Shown piece by piece: positions 7,196-13,403 of a stretch of 13,403 nucleotides of DNA (the stretch's first letter is position 1; each line of letters starts with the position of its first letter). Location: positions 1-13,403 of the forward strand of contig CDRNVI010000210.1 in the NCBI GenBank assembly GCA_977017575.1, written 5' to 3'. The notes below the pieces were generated by a model, which was not told the DNA's origin, made no database searches, and was given only the letters and a program-made list of their open reading frames with translations. Source of the stretch: Paramoeba atlantica (taxonomy: Eukaryota > Protista > Discosea). Made by a program: the position numbers and the translations under genes.

Positions 7196-10100
7196 CCTCC
7201 TCCTCTGAGCAGAAAAATTGGGCTAGAGTTGAGTTGGGAGGGTATTTGTCAAAGTAGCTGCAGCTGCCTGGGGCTGTGGTAGTGGAGGGATAACATTGTA
7301 ATTTTATTTATAAAATTCAATGAGATCAGGAGCATCAATTTCATTTGCAAGAAACTAAACTGCATGGTCTGCTCAGAAATTTTTGTATTGAACTTTATAA
7401 TGAAGTCTTCCTTGTGGGTCAAATTTGTGAGCAAGAATTTTCTTTAATTTATAGTCACAATCATTGCCCAGGTTGAAGTCATCAAATTCAATTTGTTTAT
7501 CATCCTCAGAGAGACAAACAGGTTGTTCTGTGAGTGCCTGGTTTGCAAGTTTATGATTTAATTCATATTGAATTTTTAGTTTTTTTAATCTCATAATATT
7601 TTCAGTTCATGGAAGTTTTTTCCATTTGAGATTTTAGATTGTATATGTTCCATTGAAATGAATACCAGTGACTTTGTAGATTTTTCAATAGAAAAGTGAT
7701 CAATATTTCTTTCCTATGAAGCTGTCTTTGTCATCCTTTGTGAGGAGGATAAAATCTCCAAGGTTCAGCATTTTAATCATTGTATAATGGGTTTCATCAT
7801 AACAATCTTTGTAAAGATTTGTTGCTTTTTGTTTTTGGTCTTTGACCCAAGTAAATACTATATTTTGTTGAGTTTGTAGTGTTTTAACATACTCATGTGC
7901 TGTTGTAACAGGGCAGTATGCTGTGTTGTACAAAGCCTCAATGGATAAGATTGAATGTCTTCCATAGAAAAGAAAAAATGACATATAATTTGTAACTAAA
8001 GATTCAAATGTGTTGTATGCAAATTCTAAGAGTGGGATCAGCAAGTTTCAATCATCTTTGAAGTCATTGATGAAAGCATAGATCATTGTTTTGATCATTC
8101 AATGTGTTTTTTCAACTTTTCCATTACTTTGCAAATGGAAAGGGCAAATCAAGGTGTGTTTGATTCCAAGCAAATAAATCAAGTCAGCAATTAATTCATT
8201 TGCAAATTCTCTTCCATTATCAGTAATAATTTTTAAGAACATTGAATGTAAGCAAACATATTTGAAGAGTGCTGATGCAGATGTATTAGCATTGGGTTGA
8301 GGGATAGCAAAGAAGTGGAAATATTTTGTAAAAATGTTAACAATTGCAAGAATGTGTAAATTTCCTTAAATTGTTCTGTTTGGTTCTGGGGTATAATCAA
8401 TCTGGATTACCAGACCAAAGTATTGTATGTTGTAGGTTAGATTTAATTCTGCACACAATTGAGCAGTTTTGGTTGTTATTTGGCATTCCAAGCAATGGTT
8501 ACAATATACTTTAATGTAAATATATATTTGTTCAAAATAGAATGAATTTCAAATAACTTTGTAAAGTTTTTTGAATTTTCAGTGTTCTCCTGTGGGAGAG
8601 TTATGACTGATGTCGATTACTTCATCCCAGAGAGCTTTGGAGAGAACTGTAAGTGGCAGTTCTTTTTTTATTAGGAACATTTCATTGATTTTTCGAAGAA
8701 TACTTTGGTTGTCAACCCAATATTTGTGAAATTGTGTTTGCAGGTATTTGAGAGCTGATTTTTTTCTAGAAAGTGTCTCAAATTGAAGATAATTAATTAA
8801 TTTTAAATAGTGTTTGTCTTTCTGTTGCATTTGAGCAAGTCATGAAAGATTAACTAGTTGGTCAATTTCTTTTGAAAAAGTGTCCCCCTCCCTTGCTTGT
8901 AGAGGCTTTTTGAAGAAAAAAGAGGTCAGGTTTTGAATTTTCAATTGTTCTTATTTCAGAAATATGTGCATTTTGTTCTTCAAGGAAGTTTAATCTTTGT
9001 AAAAGGTTAAATTGTTTGTCTAGAGATTTGTTAGTTTCACTATTTTCAGTTTTGACTGCTGTTTCAACCATATCTTTAAAAATGTTTGTTATCTCATCAG
9101 TTTCTGTTTTAGTGTCATATGTAGTGTAATGATGGCTGAGGGCATCTGGAATTGCCAATAGTTTGCCTGATTTGTGTATTATTCAGATGTTATACTGCAA
9201 AATTCTTGTGATCCAGTCATAGAATATTTTGTGATTAGGCATATGTTCAGTTGCATTTATTATGTTAGAAAGACTGCTACAATCACAGTATATGATTGAG
9301 TTGTGTCCATAAGCATAATATTTGAATGTATTGAGTGACCAAAGAATTTCAAAACTTTCATGGATTGGATTTATGTATTTTCTTTGTATCTCGATAAGCA
9401 CATAAGATGTATATTCAACAACTCAGTGATTACCATTTTCATCTAATTGTATGAAAATGGTTATAAGATCAGTTTTGCTTATGTTTACATGGATGTAGAA
9501 TTGTTTTGAGAGATTGGGGTGAGCCATGCATGTTTCATCAGTAAGCATTTCTTTTAACAATTCAATTTTATTAATTGTTTTTTTTGTCAATTTAAATGAT
9601 TTGTTATCCAGTTAGATTGCTTTTTGAAGATTTGCAATTAATGTTGAAAACCTTGGTATAAATTTTCTAAGCCATGATGTTATATCTAAAAATCTGCTCA
9701 CCTCTTTTGATGTTCTTGACAGTGAATAGTTTTTGATTGTTTTGACTTTTTTGAGATTAGATGATAATCCATCTTTTGATGTGACAAACTCAAGTATTTC
9801 GAATGTGGGTCTGCAAAAAGAACATTTTGAGGGTTATAAAATGAAATTGTGATCTCTCAATCTTGTGAGAATTTGTTCAAAATGTTTGATATGATCCTCA
9901 AATGATGTACTGAAAGTGAGTATATCATTAAATTAAGTGAAACAACATATCTATAAGAGATTATTTAGAACAGCTTTTATGAATCGTTGTTGTGTTGAGA
10001 GTACATTGCATAACCTGAATGGCATGGAAAGAAATTCCCAGAGGCCATATTTACTTGTAAAAGCTGTTTTTTCAATGTCATTCAGATGAATTAGAATTGA

Positions 10101-10315
10101 CCAAAATGTATTAGTGAGATTAATTGTTAAGAAATAAAAAGCATTCCCCAATATTACAAGTATTTCATTCATTTTTGGAAGTGGATATGAATCTTTCTTT
10201 GTCACTTTGTTAAGTGCTCTAAAATCAATGCAAAATCTGATTTTTCCATTTTTCTTATCAGCTAATAAGATGGATGAAGCCCAAAGTGATTTTGATGGTC
10301 TAATAACTTTATTTA
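7196..10315 (-). mobile_element. 5'-truncated, heavily decayed chromodomain-bearing Ty3/gypsy element 2 (RT, RNase H, IN, chromodomain)
   Basis: RT: VIRPSKSLWAS...RFCIDFRALN...KTAF...MPFRL...*FND...PSKC. RH: IHVNISK...IPDALS. IN: H...EH...CLEC, QID, TDNGREF, NGKVEKTH, LIPLLEFAYNT. One net frameshift near 8880-8920 and many stops. Homology begins at an A-run near 10315-10323; no protease or gag lies upstream. Confidence 0.95.
7307..7456 (-). pseudogene. Chromodomain at the integrase C-terminus (element 2)
   Basis: DYKLKKILAHKFDPQGRLHYKVQYKNF*ADHAV*FLANEIDAPDLIEFYK; the conserved Trp position is TAG (7355-7357). Confidence 0.82.
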
Positions 10316-11429
10316 AAAAAAAATTGGGTTGGTTCAAGGAGACTTTCCTTGTCCAATCTGATTTTCTTTCCTTCATTTGTCATGTTGGTGAAACCCCACC
10401 TAGTTGAGCACTTCAAAGAAATCTGTTATGTCCAGTGGAAAGAGTATGTCCTCTTCCCTTAAGGGCTCCCAAAATGGATCCCACTCCCCCTTGTATTCAA
10501 AGAATGAACAAAAAAACATAAATTCAAGTGGAAATTCTGAAGAAATTCCAATCAAATCAACCTCAAAGAGAGTGCTTGAAGAAGGATGGTGGTCATAAGT
10601 TGAAAAAGAAATACTGAAAACCTTGTCCCATATTGGAACTGAGGTTAACCCTATGAAGAACAACACAATAATTCACCCCATCTTTATAATGGATTCCTTT
10701 TGTTTCTATGAAGAAATGCCAAACTATTAAAGAGCAATGGTCACACTCAACAAAGTTCTTAAGCTGAGAAGAAACTTCCTCTTGTGTGTTATGAAAGGCC
10801 ACCTTAACATGGCCATCTTTGACAAAGAAACACGCAAACCCCTGGAGAAAGTCATTCTGGAAAATGGCTCCTTCCCTATACATTGCAAAAAACTAACGAA
10901 TTTTTTCGAAAGATTTACGAATCGAATCGATTAAGATGACGATTCTATCTGAAAGAGATGAAAAATGTCGAAGCATAAGGTGTGCTAAAAAAGAAACCTT
11001 TCGTTTTTCTTTGATTTTCTCAATTCTTTCTTTTGATTGTATGTGGAAAAGTGAAATGATTGATCCGGTGGTGTTGTTTTTAATAGTTTGTGAATAAAGA
11101 AAAAAAAAAAGGGTTTAGGGCCTAATTACTTTGTTTTGAACCACTTTTTTTCACAATTCGGAAAATCGAGACTGGTAGAAAGATGCGCCTCATTTTTGTC
11201 TTCCTAATGGCATATTTTTTTTTAAAATCCGAATATGTCATAAAAAGTTATAGGCAGTTTACAAAGAGGTCTTATATATGAAATTCACATATAATGATAG
11301 GACTTTAAAGTGGCACCCTACATATTGAGGAAACAAGTGAGCTGGGACACATTTTTTTTGATAACATAATAAAAAAAACTATTTTCTAAAACTTGGACCA
11401 GCCAGATTTTTGATTTTGTCTCATAGAAC

Positions 11430-12025
11430 AAAAATAATTGAGAAAACATTTATATGATTTTTACATATAAACATATAATTTTAGTCTCCTCCCTACATTA
11501 TCAGGTCATATATAAAATTTTTCATAGTTTTCCTTAAACATAGATTAATTTCATGTTTTTACACTACTTTATTACTTTTATTTCTCATTTTTTCATTTTG
11601 AGAGATTTTTATAGAGTCCAAAAATATGAGTATTTTTTCTATGTATTTTACATATAAAAAAACATCAATGAATTGGTACCTACATAAGAGGGTAATATAT
11701 AAAATTTTTCAAAGTTTTCTTTAAACATAGATTAACTTCATGTTTTTACACTACTTTATTATTTTTATTTTTCATTTTTTAATATTGAGAGATTTTTACA
11801 GCATCCTTTTGTAAACATACTTTTGGGACTTTTGGCTCTGTTCCCTATTATAATAAATAATATTATTGCTCCCTATATAAAAACAAAATAAATAAATCTC
11901 AAATTGATTTTCTTTATTTTAAGATTTATTTGATGTTTTTACACTACTCTATTACTTTTATTTTTCATTTTTTAATATTGAAAAATTTTTATAGACCTTT
12001 TATGTGAGCATACTTTTGAGAAAAT
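11430..12025. repeat. Subtelomeric AT-rich tandem repeat, period about 187-193 bp, about 3 copies
   Basis: The core ATGTTTTTACACTACTYTATTAYTTTTATTTYTCATTTTTT starts at 11553, 11740 and 11933. CCTACAT...GGTMATATATAAAATTTTTCA...TTAAACATAGATTAA starts at 11492 and 11679. Confidence 0.9.
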
Positions 12026-12061
12026 ACTTTTTGTAATGTGTTAATAAAATCATGTCAGAAA

Positions 12062-12590
12062 TTAGGGTTTAGGGTTTAGGGTTTAGGGTTTAGGGTTTAG
12101 GGTTTAGGGTTTAGGGTTTAGGGTTTAGGGTTTAGGGTTTAGGGTTTAGGGTTTAGGGTTTAGGGTTTAGGGTTTAGGGTTTAGGGTTTAGGGTTTAGGG
12201 TTTAGGGTTTAGGGTTTAGGGTTTAGGGTTTAGGGTTTAGGGTTTAGGGTTTAGGGTTTAGGGTTTAGGGTTTAGGGTTTAGGGTTTAGGGTTTAGGGTT
12301 TAGGGTTTAGGGTTTAGGGTTTAGGGTTTAGGGTTTAGGGTTTAGGGTTTAGGGTTTAGGGTTTAGGGTTTAGGGTTTAGGGTTTAGGGTTTAGGGTTTA
12401 GGGTTTAGGGTTTAGGGTTTAGGGTTTAGGGTTTAGGGTTTAGGGTTTAGGGTTTAGGGTTTAGGGTTTAGGGTTTAGGGTTTAGGGTTTAGGGTTTAGG
12501 GTTTAGGGTTTAGGGTTTAGGGTTTAGGGTTTAGGGTTTAGGGTTTAGGGTTTAGGGTTTAGAGTTTAGGGTTTAGGGTTTAGGGTTTAG
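12062..12590 (+). repeat. Telomeric repeat array (TTTAGGG)n, about 75.5 units, G-rich strand on +
   Basis: TTAGGG at 12062, then 74 heptamers from 12068 (one variant TTTAGAG at 12558-12564) and a terminal TTTAG at 12586-12590. Confidence 0.99.
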
Positions 12591-13147
12591 ATTATAATCA
12601 AGCACAAACTTGAGGTTGTAGTGGAGTTATTTTAAGAGGATCTGGTATTCCTTGAGATATTAGAAAAAGTGAACCTTATGAATTATATAATGAAGTTGAT
12701 TTTAAATCTTATATAGGAAATAAAGGTGATTGTTTTGATAGATTTTTAATTAGATTAAAAGAAATGCATGAGAGTTTAAAAATAATTTTACAACTTTTAA
12801 ATAATTTAAAAGAAGGTCCTATTTCAAATTACAATAATAAATTAACTATACCTTCAAGATCATTAATGAAGTTTTCTATGGAATCTTTAATACATCATTT
12901 TAAATTATTTACAGAAGGTGTTAATATACCTTTTAATGATGTTTATAGATCTATAGAAGCTCCTAAAGGGGAATTTGGTGTTTTTTTAGTTTCGGGAGGA
13001 TTAAATAGACCGGTAAGATGTAAGATAAAAGCACCAGGGTTTAATCATTTACAATTATTAGATACATTATCAAAAGGACATATGATAGCCGACGTTGTTA
13101 CTATTATAGGTACTTTAGATATAGTTTTTGGGGAGGTTGATCGTTAA
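12590..13147 (+). CDS. nad7: NADH dehydrogenase subunit 7 (49-kDa/NuoD family), C-terminal 185 aa, 5'-truncated at the telomere junction; needs TGA=Trp
   Basis: [26 protein letters not shown]...GDCFDRF...[13 protein letters not shown]...[13 protein letters not shown]...[12 protein letters not shown]...[25 protein letters not shown] at 12611 and 12653 falls at aromatic/Trp positions of the family (W/Y-G-x-S-G and G-x-x-W-D-x-R). The ORF track start at 12764 results from using the wrong code. Confidence 0.98.
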
Positions 13148-13403
13148 TCAAATATTAATATAATATTAAATATTATATATATGCAAAAAAAATTAAATCG
13201 ATTTTTTAATTTAAGAATTAATTCTAGAGGTGCCGCTTTTGAAAATTTAAATATAGGACCTAATTTAAGTCCTTATATGAATAGAGAGAAAATCAAAGAA
13301 TTTTGTAATGAATTTAATAAACAAACTTTTATATATAGATCGGAAGATTTATTAATATATGTTAGATTATTTTTATATACTGATAAATCATTTGTTTTTT
13401 TAA
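12591..13403 (+). other. Mitochondrial-genome-derived segment (NUMT or chimeric join)
   Basis: Very AT-rich and gene-dense, with nad7 and rpl11 separated by 33 bp, TGA used as Trp, and no disablements seen. Confidence 0.9.
13181..13403 (+). CDS. rpl11: Ribosomal protein L11 (uL11), N-terminal 74 aa, running off the window end
   Basis: MQKKLNRFFNLRINSRGAAFENLNIGPNLSPYMNREKIKEFCNEFNKQTFIYRSEDLLIYVRLFLYTDKSFVFL aligns with uL11 motifs (GP.LG..G.NI.EFCK.FN..T...V.I..Y.DRSF.F). It is absent from the ORF track because there is no stop in the window. Confidence 0.85.
   Translation, partial: MQKKLNRFFNLRINSRGAAFENLNIGPNLSPYMNREKIKEFCNEFNKQTFIYRSEDLLIYVRLFLYTDKSFVFL

Noticed and set aside
6313-7257. 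+ strand ORFs 6313-6795 and 6982-7257 as genes
   Set aside because: They have no recognisable domain, they cross a tandem repeat and a microsatellite, and they lie in a TE spacer.
2920-10407. Short + strand ORFs inside the elements (2920, 3755, 4436, 5027, 10207)
   Set aside because: They are antisense to clear pol domains and have no recognisable motifs.
1000-11400. Paired LTRs and target-site duplications
   Set aside because: By-eye comparison of 1000-1335, 5880-7200 and 10320-11400 found no shared long direct repeat or TG...CA pair.
1335-12061. HeT-A/TART-like telomere maintenance by these retroelements
   Set aside because: Their 5' ends do face the telomere, but they are dead LTR-class elements about 1.7 kb from a canonical telomerase-type array.
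12062-12600. Linear mitochondrial chromosome capped by telomere repeats, or a head-to-head telomere fusion
   Set aside because: A cap left of the mtDNA would read (CCCTAAA)n on +, but the array is G-rich on + throughout with no inversion, and nad7 is cut mid-gene.
12590-13403. Bacterial nuoD from a code-4 endosymbiont
   Set aside because: Bacterial nuoD is normally followed by nuoE, and rplK follows nusG. Direct nad7-rpl11 adjacency with a divergent L11 fits mtDNA better, though this is not formally excluded without a phylogeny.

Overview
Eukaryotic chromosome-end region, probably from a protist. From left to right: (1) low-complexity A/T-rich DNA at 1-1000. (2) Two decayed chromodomain-bearing Ty3/gypsy LTR-retrotransposon pol remnants in tandem on the minus strand (about 1335-5700 and 7196-10315). 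No gag or paired LTRs were recognisable, and both show strong cytosine-deamination decay. (3) A CpG-retaining AT-rich zone and a ~190-bp subtelomeric tandem repeat. (4) A 529-bp (TTTAGGG)n telomere tract at 12062-12590, in right-chromosome-end orientation. (5) Joined directly to the distal end of that tract, intact-looking mitochondrial DNA: the 3' part of nad7 read with TGA=Trp, a 33-bp spacer and the 5' part of rpl11. The most striking observation is the telomere-to-mtDNA junction, which is either real capture of mtDNA at a telomere or a chimeric read/misassembly. Next is the CGA>TGA stop pattern in element 1, which points to CpG methylation of transposons. All domain calls are by-eye motif recognition; no database searches were run.
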